From the IMG/VR virus record IMGVR_UViG_3300034065_000062, positions 1 to 52,430 of that record: DNA of 52,430 nucleotides. One strand, written 5' to 3'. The notes beneath the pieces were generated by a model. It ran no database searches, was not told where the DNA came from, and was given only the letters and a program-made list of their open reading frames with translations. The translations under genes and the position numbers were made by a program. Source of the DNA: a virus (taxonomy: Duplodnaviria; Caudoviricetes). Shown piece after piece: positions 11,001 through 20,100 of the stretch. Position 1 is the first letter of the stretch. Each line of letters starts with the position of its first letter.

Positions 11001-11463
11001 TAATGCAGCGTTTGTAGTTAATGCCCAAACATCAGCTCAATGGTGTGTATTAACTCCGGTATATGCTGCTGGTACAGGTGTAATAATTACTCAAAGTAAT
11101 AATGGTACTGTAACATTTGCATCACCTGCTGCCACTGCCATATTACAAAACAGTCAGAGTGCTGCTTATACTTGTGTACTTGCTGATGCAGGTGGTCAAA
11201 TTTTCCACCCTGCCACAGATACAACTGCACGTACTTGGACAATTCCTGCTAACTCCACTGTTGCTTATCCAATTGGAACAACCCTAACGTTTATTAATCA
11301 AAATGGTGCTGGTACAATCAGTATTATAATTACCACTGATACTATGACATTAGCTGGTGCAACTGCAAGTACTGGTCCAAGAACACTTGCAACTAATGGA
11401 CTTGCAACTGCAATTAAAATAGGAACCACTAGTTGGATAATTTCAGGAGTCAACTTAGCATGA
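8002..11463 (+). CDS. Tail fibre / virion structural protein (1153 aa)
   Basis: AGGAG RBS; Gly/Thr/Ser-rich; AATKNYVD and RVLVKNQT...NGIY modules and GVTSLVAG repeats typical of large-phage fibres. Confidence 0.85.
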   Translation: MLFDGISLTEGSDIKNLTVDTGIAFVPTPTDGELFYINSTSSGNPLGLYVYSMSNSTWERVVLDTDTLSSSMITSALGYTPLNKAGDTMSGALLLSADPTVSSQAATKNYVDAAIAGLSWKNEVACATTANITLSGEQTIDGVTTSASRVLVKNQTTASQNGIYLSGSGAWTRTTDADVGTEIIGSAVYVDAGTVNAASAWVNTNTAITLGTTPIVFAQFGGGATYSAGTGLSLTGNVFANTGVTSLVAGSNITLSGSTGAVTISSTSAAGSTLTGTSLASNIISSSLTSVGTLSTLTVSGTIYGTTNGNLAFDGGTLTGALLPYTANVTVSGTNNLNPTQLNADINYINTLSGTTTPTVMLPDIAAGREVTIINDTAYTITAYAGTQSQLRGTNCYIYPGSSITLVGTGHFTTGDPAYPFWVATASPIQAGTGITVSQPNEYNTQFATTITNSGVTSLVAGTGISLSGSTGVVTISSTGGTGTITSVSGTANQITASTVSGAVTLSLPSAISGITSISATTFTGALSGNASTATTAGTVTTAAQPNITSVGTLTSLTVSGTITGHASLDLPLTGGTMSGALILNADPVAGLGAATKNYVDAAIAGLSWKNEVACATTANITLSGEQTIDGITTSSSRVLVKNQTTASQNGIYLSGSGAWTRTTDMTTSAQILGSAVYVDGGTTQSSNAFVNTNTSVITIDTTSITFVQFSGGATYTAGTGLSLVGNTFNNTGVTSIVAGSGISISGSTGAVTVTASAISIPAAQIPFGTGSGVTSSSLLTFTGTSSTNNVLTIGTYAIGTGNTVTITSTATTPGGGGSTLQLLGSPATVGGTNGGNVLIQGGASFTSGSTSGGITIQPGISNSAGNTTGNVTINTNASTGSRGGNINIGTNNLTVLGINGTTGNLAVAAPQTTFTGSINFYSTNFIVAAGTTQATATALTADNNFVTSVAAGTGVTLPAGAAGREISVVNRGANPLMVYPASGAQIDGAGTNIGVSVPVNAAFVVNAQTSAQWCVLTPVYAAGTGVIITQSNNGTVTFASPAATAILQNSQSAAYTCVLADAGGQIFHPATDTTARTWTIPANSTVAYPIGTTLTFINQNGAGTISIIITTDTMTLAGATASTGPRTLATNGLATAIKIGTTSWIISGVNLA
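8326..9989 (+). repeat. Internal direct duplication of ~197 nt (8326-8522 and 9793-9989)
   Basis: Both copies encode NYVDAAIAGLSWKNEVACATTANITLSGEQTIDG...GAWTR with only scattered substitutions. Confidence 0.85.
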
Positions 11464-12671
11464 GTGCGATTGTTCAAATGGTTCTTAGTACATTTGCTAC
11501 GGTTCCGGCTGCGCCAAATTCTATATTAACCTCTGGTAATCCAGGTATAAATTATCCAACAACAAATACCTGGAGCACATCTAATAAAAATGCTAGTGTT
11601 ACCTATAGTAATGGTAATTTAACTGCTGCGGGTACTAGTAATACCCAATCAGTTATTGCATCACAAGGTATGTCTTCTGGTAAATGGTATTGGGAAACAA
11701 CAATTGGTGCTGGTACCACATTCAATATCTTAACAGGTATTGCATTAAGTACTTTAAATGTTAGTGCAACAATTTATACTGGACAAACACTTAATTCTGC
11801 ATTTACTTGTTATGCTCTTAATGGTGCTTTATATAATGGATTTAGTCAAATAGTATCCGGTATTACTGGTACGCCTGTAGCATTTAATAGTTCGGGTGTT
11901 GTTGTAGGTATCGCTCTTGATCTGACTAATAATATAATTGCTTGGTATAAAAATGGTGTATTGATGGAATATTATACTATCCCATCTGGTCAAACATGGT
12001 TCCCAGCAATAGGTTGTGGTACAAGTGGTTCCACCTGGTCAATGACTGCTGACTTTGGTAATTCACAACTTATTTATAACCCACCTACTGGATTTACTAG
12101 TGGTGTTGGTGGTACAGGTGTGGCAACTGGTAATGAAACATGATTACCTGCAAATGCAAGTTCTTCAGGATTAACATTCAGTAATGGTAACTTAACAGTT
12201 GTATGTCCTACTGTTGGTAGTGGTAAAATGGGTTATGCAGCACCGGCTCCATTAAATACAAAAACTTATTGGGAAGTTACATGTACCAATAATGCTGAAC
12301 TTTTAGGTATTGCATTGAATACTTGTAATCTTACTAAAGGTCTTGCAGGACAAACATCTGCTGCTATGTCTCTATCATACTTTATCAATAATGGATTATT
12401 TTATAATGGTATTTCAACTAATCTTGGTAGTGGATTTGACAATGCAGGTACAAAATTTGGATTTGCTTTAGATACTACTGTTGGTGCTATGAATATTTCA
12501 TTCTATTCTATGAATATTTTACAGCATACATTTACTTTAGCAGATGGTAATTATTACCCGGCTTTCGGTTTCCAAATAGCTATAGCAACTGCTTCAACTG
12601 CTAACTTTGGTGCCTCAGCATTTAATTATACCATACCTACTGGATTTGTATCTCTTAATAGTGTTCTTTAA
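11460..12671 (+). CDS. Tandem SPRY/B30.2-like (ConA fold) virion protein interrupted by in-frame TGA at 12141-12143
   Basis: Start overlaps previous stop (ATGA); SSGKWYWE...VVGIALD...WFPA motif occurs twice; track ORFs 11433-12143 and 12228-12671 are in frame with only this TGA between them. Confidence 0.75.
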
Positions 12672-12675
12672 TAAT

Positions 12676-12701
12676 AAAAGCCCTGAAATTCAGGGCTTTT
12701 T
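12676..12701. terminator. Bidirectional rho-independent terminator
   Basis: AAAAGCCCTGAA-A-TTCAGGGCTTTTT between convergent genes. Confidence 0.85.
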
Positions 12702-12702
12702 C

Positions 12703-13635
12703 TTATTCAAAAACATCTTTAACTAATTCCTTAAACCAATTTTCATATATGAAATCTTTCATACTCTTTCGTCCTACATATTTGATTGCTATGTAATTAC
12801 CCTCAAACCAAACCTCTGCTTTTTCTGGCATTTGTTTGGTTTCTGAATATGAGTGATGTACAGTAACACCCATTTTTTCTGGGTTAATATTGGTATTTAA
12901 AAACTGATATAAATCATCAGTATTCATGGCATCAATCAAATTACCACAGACTTCATCAATTCCATCTAAGATATCTATAGCAGAACTTGGTTTTTGTAAT
13001 TCAATAAACAATCTTTTTAGTGATGCCGAGTACGCTTTTATTTCTTCCATTGACAGCAAGTGATAAACATTAGGTGTTAAACTATCTTCCATTAATATAT
13101 CTTGTAAATCCATTGGAAGTTCTTCAAGATCACCCGCATTATGTGGGCGAAGTTGTTTGATTTTATAAGTCAACGAAACCAGCATTTGACCGATCTTATG
13201 CATAGAAAAATCATTAGGTTCATAGTCATTAAAGTCAGTGTCCATCTCAGCGATTTTATTATTGTCATATGGAATAATAAGCCAGGTCGCACCAAAATCT
13301 GCAGCCATTTCAACACTCGGAGTACCGAAAGTTGAATAAATTCTTTTAGGAACACCATTCCAGATTGGTGATTCACTTACGAAACTAAGGAACAAACTAC
13401 TATCCGTCTTAGAAGTTCTAGCTTCATGTCTTCCCAAAACTTCAGTATATATTATCGATTCGGTTTTACCACCAACTTCTGTTTCTTCACCAATTGAATA
13501 AGCACCACGATAGATAGGATGAATTTGGTCAATATCAAGTAAATTAATAGCCTTTTTACAATGTTTTTTAAGAATAGATACTAAGGTAAGATACCCTTCA
13601 TCAGTTCTATCTTCAAGTAGTTCATAGACTTTCAT
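12703..13635 (-). CDS. Hypothetical protein (310 aa), possible head-packaged protein
   Basis: MKVYELLE N-terminus; IYRG...EVWF motifs; TATAAATA at 13662-13669. Confidence 0.75.
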   Translation of the reverse strand: MKVYELLEDRTDEGYLTLVSILKKHCKKAINLLDIDQIHPIYRGAYSIGEETEVGGKTESIIYTEVLGRHEARTSKTDSSLFLSFVSESPIWNGVPKRIYSTFGTPSVEMAADFGATWLIIPYDNNKIAEMDTDFNDYEPNDFSMHKIGQMLVSLTYKIKQLRPHNAGDLEELPMDLQDILMEDSLTPNVYHLLSMEEIKAYSASLKRLFIELQKPSSAIDILDGIDEVCGNLIDAMNTDDLYQFLNTNINPEKMGVTVHHSYSETKQMPEKAEVWFEGNYIAIKYVGRKSMKDFIYENWFKELVKDVFE

Positions 13636-13661
13636 TAAATTCCCTTAAATTATTATTAATT

Positions 13662-13697
13662 TATTTATAGTTAAAATCAGCCTTTAAATTATAAATA
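13662..13697. promoter_or_regulatory. Divergent pair of TATAAATA late promoter boxes
   Basis: Minus-strand box at 13662-13669 and plus-strand box at 13690-13697 between divergent genes. Confidence 0.7.
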
Positions 13698-13734
13698 TAC
13701 CAAGAGGTATTTTTAAACACTAGGAGAATTAATA

Positions 13735-16700
13735 ATGCAAATTGATGGAATTCAACTAACGGAAGGTTCTGATGTTACAAATTTGACATTACCTTCTGGT
13801 GCCACATTCCCATCACTTCCATCAGACGGTGAACTATACTATGTTAATAGTACATCAGGTGGAAATACAGTTGGTTTATATGTTTACTCACACAATTTAA
13901 GTTCATGGCAACGACAACTTGATACAACCGCTGGATCAGATGCTGGTTCACTGTCAGGTAATACCCTTGCTTCTAATGTAATTTACTCCTCACTTACTTC
14001 ATTTGGAACACTTAGTTCTCTTGATGTTTCTGGTACCATTACAGCCGGGGCATTCAGTGGTTCTGGTACCCTATTAACTGGTATCCCAAACTCAGCCCTC
14101 ACAAATTACTCACTCACAATTGGTTCTACAAATGTTGCTTTAGGAGCAACTACTACAACCTTAGCGGGTTTGGCTTCAGTGACTGCAACATCATTTGTTG
14201 GTGCATTAACAGGTCATGCTTCTCTTGATTTACCTTTGACTGGTGGTACATTAACTGGTTCTTTATCTGTTGATATTGCTACAGTTGGGAATGTATTATC
14301 CTTATCAAACACTGGTAGTAATGGTGCGGTAATTGAACTTATTGGTAATGGTTCAACAACCCCAAACAAATATCTTAAATCTGTTAATGGTGCTTTTGAA
14401 ATAGCCAACAGTGCTAATAGTGGTGCCATTGTTATAATCGATGATTCAGGTAATGCGGCATTTAATAGTTCAGTAACAGGTACAAATTTTATTGGTGCAG
14501 GTACTGGTTTAACAGGTACTGCATCAGCTTTAAGTATTGGTGGTTCATCAGGTTCAACAGCAAATCTTACTGGTGGAACTGTTGGTGCAATTCCATTCCA
14601 ATCTGCTGTTAGTACAACTTCTTTCTTAACTGCTGGAACTTCATCACAGGTTCTTATTGGTGGTACAAATCCAGCATGGTCATCAGCTCCAGCATTTGAT
14701 GGATCAAATCTTTTTAATATTTCAAGTTCTGCGGTTTCAGGTGGATCAATCACAATTGGTTCTACTAATATTTCTGTAAATGGAAGTACTGCAACTCTTG
14801 CGGGTCTTACCTCTGTTACCTCTGCGCAATTTAATGGTCCACTTAATGGCTTAGCAAGTTCTGCAACTACTGCTGCAACTGCTTCAAATATATTAGCTGG
14901 TTCAACTGGTGCATTAGTTTACCAATCAGCTACTAATACTACAAATTTCATTTCTGCTGTTGCTACTGGACAAGTACTTATGTCTGGTACTACTCCAACA
15001 TGGACTGCTAATCCAAATATATCTGGTACTCTTACTGCTGGAACTTTCTCTGGTTCAGGTGCAAGTTTAACATCAATTCCAAATTCAGCATTAGTACACG
15101 ATTCAGTAACAATTGGTTCAACCAATATTGTGTTGGGTAGTAGTACAGCAACCTTAACAGGATTAACTTCTGTTTCAGCAACCATATTTACTGGTGCATT
15201 AACAGGAACCGCTTCTGGTAACTTACCACTTAATGGTGGTACATTAACCGGTGCACTTATATTAGCTGCTGATCCAACTGTTGCACTCGGTGCTGCCACA
15301 AAAGCATATGTAGATAATGTTGCTGCTGGTATTAATATTCACCCTTCAGTTGTAACTGCAACTACTACACTTTACAACATATCCCCTAGCACATATACAG
15401 CAGGTCTTGCTGGACAGTCACCTGATACAGGAACTGGTGTTGGTGCTTATTTACAGGCTACTGGGAATGGTCCGATAGGTTCAGTTGGTAATTATCCAAA
15501 TTTGGCTGTCGGTGATCGTATTCTTGTTAAGAATCAAGCTAATTATCCAGAAAATGGTATCTATGTTCTTACTGATTTTGGTTCAGTATCTACTCCATGG
15601 AAATTAACACGTGCCTCAGATTATGACAATAGTATTTTTGGTGATGTTATTGCTGGTGATCTTACCTATGTAACTAGTGGTGATTTAAAAGCAACTCAGT
15701 GGGTACAAACCACTGTTGGTAATGAAGTTGGTGGTACTGTTAGAATTGGTAGTGATGCGATCGTATTAACACAATTCTCTGGTGCTGGTGCTTCTTATAC
15801 TGCTGGTACCGGTATTGACATTTCAAGTAATATTATTTCAAATACTGGTGTTACTAGTATTACAACCAGTTCGGGCTTAAGTACAAACACTTCTGCAACC
15901 GGTGATATATCCATAACAAATACCGGTGTGACAAGTGCCATTGGTGGTACAAATATTTCGGTAAGTAGTTTTTCTGGTGATGTTACATTTAGTGTAACTG
16001 GTACTGTTCCTTCTGCAACTAATGCAACTAACACAATTAATATTGCTGGTGGTGCTGCTGGATCACTTCCATATCAAGGTGCTACTGGTACAACTAATAT
16101 GTTGACTCTTGGGACTACTGGTTATATTTTAACAGCAGGTGCATCAACTCCTATTTGGACAGATGCAAGTACGGCTTCTATTGGAACTGCAACTAATATT
16201 GCAGGTGGTGCTGCTGGATCACTTCCATATCAATCTGCTGCTGGTACAACTGCAATGTTATCGGTTGGAACAAATGGACAAATATTAACACTTGTATCTG
16301 GTGTTCCTTCTTGGCAAACTAATACCAGTGGTGTGACTTCAATTGCTGGTACTGCTAATCAGATTACCGCTTCGGCTTCAACTGGTGATGTTACTCTTTC
16401 ATTACCTTCAACTATTACTGGACTTACTTCAGTTACATCAACTAATTTTGTTGGTAACTTAACAGGTAATGTAACTGGTAATGTAACAGGATCATCTGGT
16501 TCGACTGGTACTGCATCAAATGTTGCTCTTGCTGTTTTAAGTGGTGTAGCTGGTAATGTTCAGGTAGTTCTTACAACAGCAGGTCCTACTGGTGGTTCAA
16601 GTTGTAGTTTGGATGTTTATCCAGATTTAACATATAACACAACTAATGATACTTTATATGCTCATTCTTTTGCCGTAACAACTGGTGAATTTGTTGGTAA

Positions 16701-17148
16701 TGGTGGTGGATTAACTGACATACCAAATGCCTCATTATCATATAGTTCTTTTGAGATAGGTAATACTGTTATCAATTTAGGTGATGTTGTTCAATCACTA
16801 TCTAATATGACATCAGTTGGTTTGACAAATTCACAAATAACAAATATCTATTATTTGTCATCAAACACCTCTGCTAACCAAGTTATTGATGCTGTACCAA
16901 TTGCTACTACAAGAACCTCAAAATATTTAGTCCAAGTAACTTCAGGAACTTCTTATCAAGCATGTGAAATTTTAGTCATGCATGATGGTACTTCTGCATT
17001 CATTACTGAATATGGTGATATCTATACCGCTGGTGTTTTAGCCACATTCGATGCAACTGTATCATCCGGGAATTTAAACTTAGTGTTTACTCCTACTAAT
17101 GCCGTAACTAAAGTTAGTGTTGTTCGTACATCTATTAACGTTTTATAA
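13735..17148 (+). CDS. Tail fibre / virion structural protein (1137 aa)
   Basis: AGGAG RBS; N-terminus paralogous to 8002 (DGI.LTEGSD..NLT); repeated TIGSTNI.LG/LTGLTSV units; C-terminal domain with KYLVQV...EYG. Confidence 0.85.
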   Translation: MQIDGIQLTEGSDVTNLTLPSGATFPSLPSDGELYYVNSTSGGNTVGLYVYSHNLSSWQRQLDTTAGSDAGSLSGNTLASNVIYSSLTSFGTLSSLDVSGTITAGAFSGSGTLLTGIPNSALTNYSLTIGSTNVALGATTTTLAGLASVTATSFVGALTGHASLDLPLTGGTLTGSLSVDIATVGNVLSLSNTGSNGAVIELIGNGSTTPNKYLKSVNGAFEIANSANSGAIVIIDDSGNAAFNSSVTGTNFIGAGTGLTGTASALSIGGSSGSTANLTGGTVGAIPFQSAVSTTSFLTAGTSSQVLIGGTNPAWSSAPAFDGSNLFNISSSAVSGGSITIGSTNISVNGSTATLAGLTSVTSAQFNGPLNGLASSATTAATASNILAGSTGALVYQSATNTTNFISAVATGQVLMSGTTPTWTANPNISGTLTAGTFSGSGASLTSIPNSALVHDSVTIGSTNIVLGSSTATLTGLTSVSATIFTGALTGTASGNLPLNGGTLTGALILAADPTVALGAATKAYVDNVAAGINIHPSVVTATTTLYNISPSTYTAGLAGQSPDTGTGVGAYLQATGNGPIGSVGNYPNLAVGDRILVKNQANYPENGIYVLTDFGSVSTPWKLTRASDYDNSIFGDVIAGDLTYVTSGDLKATQWVQTTVGNEVGGTVRIGSDAIVLTQFSGAGASYTAGTGIDISSNIISNTGVTSITTSSGLSTNTSATGDISITNTGVTSAIGGTNISVSSFSGDVTFSVTGTVPSATNATNTINIAGGAAGSLPYQGATGTTNMLTLGTTGYILTAGASTPIWTDASTASIGTATNIAGGAAGSLPYQSAAGTTAMLSVGTNGQILTLVSGVPSWQTNTSGVTSIAGTANQITASASTGDVTLSLPSTITGLTSVTSTNFVGNLTGNVTGNVTGSSGSTGTASNVALAVLSGVAGNVQVVLTTAGPTGGSSCSLDVYPDLTYNTTNDTLYAHSFAVTTGEFVGNGGGLTDIPNASLSYSSFEIGNTVINLGDVVQSLSNMTSVGLTNSQITNIYYLSSNTSANQVIDAVPIATTRTSKYLVQVTSGTSYQACEILVMHDGTSAFITEYGDIYTAGVLATFDATVSSGNLNLVFTPTNAVTKVSVVRTSINVL

Positions 17149-17175
17149 AATCAACTCATTGAGGAAAAGTGAATC

Positions 17176-20100
17176 ATGAGCAACTCATTACGTTTCAAAG
17201 TAAAAAATGGTCTTGACAACAACAATAATACCATTACCAATGTAGCAACTCCAGTCTTTAGTACTGATGCCGCAAATAAAGCATATATCGATGCACTTAG
17301 CACTGGTGTTAGTAGTGTTACAGGCACAACCAATCAAATTATTGTTACAGGTTCTGGTGCAATAACTTTAAGTCTACCACAGAATATTAATTCTGGGGCA
17401 GCACCAATTTTTAATGGTACATACTTTACAAATATTCCAAATGGTGCTCTTGTTAATGATACCATCACAATTGGTTCTACTAGTCTTGCTTTAGGTGCTA
17501 CTAGTTTAACATTAGCTGGATTGACTTCAGTTACTTCAACCACTTTTGTTGGTGCTCTTACTGGTAATGCAAGTACTGCTACATCTTCCACAAATATTTT
17601 AGGTGGTGCTGGTGGATCACTTCCATATCAATCAGCAGCTAATACAACTGCAATGCTTGCTTCGGGATCATCTTCACAAGTATTGATTTCTGGTGCAGCT
17701 CCAAGTTGGACAAACACACCATCAATAAATGGTACAAATTTTACTAGCATTCCAAATTCTGCTCTTACAAATAATAGTGTTACCATTGGTTCTACTAATA
17801 TTACTTTAGGTGCAACAGCAACAGCTTTAGTTGGTCTTACTTCAGTTACCTCAACCAGTTTTACTGGTGCTCTTACTGGTAATGCTACTAGTGCCACCAC
17901 AACTGCAATTACAGATAATACAACTCTTAATGCTACAGTATATCCAACATGGGTAACTGGTACTTCTGGTAATCTCGGTCAAGAGACTTCAAGTACAAAA
18001 CTTTCATTTAATCCTAATTCAGGTACATTAACTGCAACAGCTTTTTCTGGATCAGGTGCAGGATTAACAAACATTCCTAATGGGGCCTTTACTAATAATT
18101 CATTAACCATTGGCTCTACCAATATTGCTTTAGGTTCTACCGTAACCACTTTAACCGGTCTTACTTCAGTTGTCTCAACTGGATTTACTGGTGCTCTTAC
18201 TGGTAATGCTAGTTCTGCTACCACTGCAACCACTGCCGGTACATTAACCACTGCACAGAATTTCTCTGCAACTGGTGATGCAACTGCCCCTAACGTTTCT
18301 TTCAATGGTTCATCTGGTGTTGCTTTAGCATTAACTCTTGCGACTGTTAACTCAAGTCCTGTTAGTGCAGCATTCCAAAAACTTACCACCAATGGTAAAG
18401 GTTTGGTAGTAGCAACATCTTCAGTTCTTCCATCAGATATTACCACAGCTTTAGGATACACTCCAGTTAATAAAGCTGGTGATACTATGACAGGTGCATT
18501 GATTCTTAATGCCGATCCGAGTGCAGCATTAGGTGCTGCAACTAAACAATATGTTGATGCAGCCGTTGCCAACCTTTATGTTCATGGTTCTGTTAATGTT
18601 GCAACTACTACAAATTATCCAGCAATTTATAATAATGGTACTGGTGGTGTTGGTGCTACACTTACAAATTCAGGTACTCTTACTGCATTAGTTGTTGATG
18701 GTGTTACTTTACCTCTCAATTCTCGTGTACTTGTAAAGAATCAAACCACAACAACACAAAACGGTATCTACTTCTTATCAACTCTTGGAACTGGTTCAGT
18801 TGCTTGGGTTCTTACTCGTACATTAGATGCTGATGGTAGTCCAGCAGTAGACTTTGCTCCTGGTGCTTATGTATTCGTTGATGCTGGTGGTACACAAAAT
18901 AGTAATACTGGTTGGACAGAAACTGCGATCGGTACTGGGTCAGGTGGTACAATTAATATCGGTACTGATGCTGTTGTGTTTACACAATTCTCAGGTGCTG
19001 GTTCATATCTTGCAGGTACTGGTCTTTCATTAACTGGTAATACTTTTGCAAATACTGGTGTTCTTTCTAATGTTGCTGGAACTGGTATTTCTATATCTGG
19101 TTCAACTGGTAATATTACTATAACAAATACCGGTGTTACTTCTCTTGTTGCTGGATCAAATGTTAATATTTCTGGTGCAACAGGTGCTGTTACTATTTCA
19201 TTACCAACCACATTATCAGGTCTTACTTCTGTATCTTCAACTACATTTACTGGTGCATTAACTGGTAACGCTTCAACTGCAACTTTAGCCACCACAGCAA
19301 CCAATATTGCTGGTGGTACTGCTGGTTCATTACCATATCAAACCGCAGCTGGTACTACTGGAATGTTAGCAGCAACCACAAACGGATTTGTATTAACCTT
19401 AGCTTCTGGTTTACCGGTTTGGGCAGCAAATACTGGTGGTGTTACTTCTATTACTGGAACTGCTAATCAGGTTATTGCATCCTCATCAACTGGTGCAGTT
19501 ACATTAAGTTTACCACAAAATATTAATTCTGGTGCAGCTCCTACATTTGTAGGTACCAATTTTACTAGTATTCCAAATTCAGGTTTAACAAATAGTTCAT
19601 TAACAATTGGTTCTACAAATATTGCTTTAGGTACCACAGCTACAACCATTGCCGGTCTTACTTCTGTATCATCAACTACTTTTGTCGGTGCTCTTACAGG
19701 TGTTGCATCTGGCAACTTACCATTAACTGGTGGTACATTAACTGGTCCACTTACTGTCGGATATTCAACTCCGGTTGTAGCTATCAATGATACCTCTGGT
19801 ACCAACCAATCAAATTTAGAATTTAATAGTTCTGGTTCTATTGTGTGGGATTTGGTAAAGTTGGCTGGTGCAACTGGTAATTTCCAAATTCAACGTTTTG
19901 TATCTGGTTCTTATGTTGATAGTCCTATCAATATCTCAAATACAACAGGTTTAGTTTCGATAGCAGATGGTTTAACTGTTACTGGTACTACCACTTCAAC
20001 CACCTTTGTTGGTGCATTAACTGGTAATGCAAGTACTGCAACAACTGCTACTAACTCAAATAATACTTTAGTTACCGCAACTGGTTCAAATATTAACTAT

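Noticed and set aside
14214-19805. Long antisense ORFs inside the tail-fibre genes
   Set aside because: Shadow frames caused by the biased Gly/Thr/Ser codon usage of the + strand genes; no recognisable motifs.
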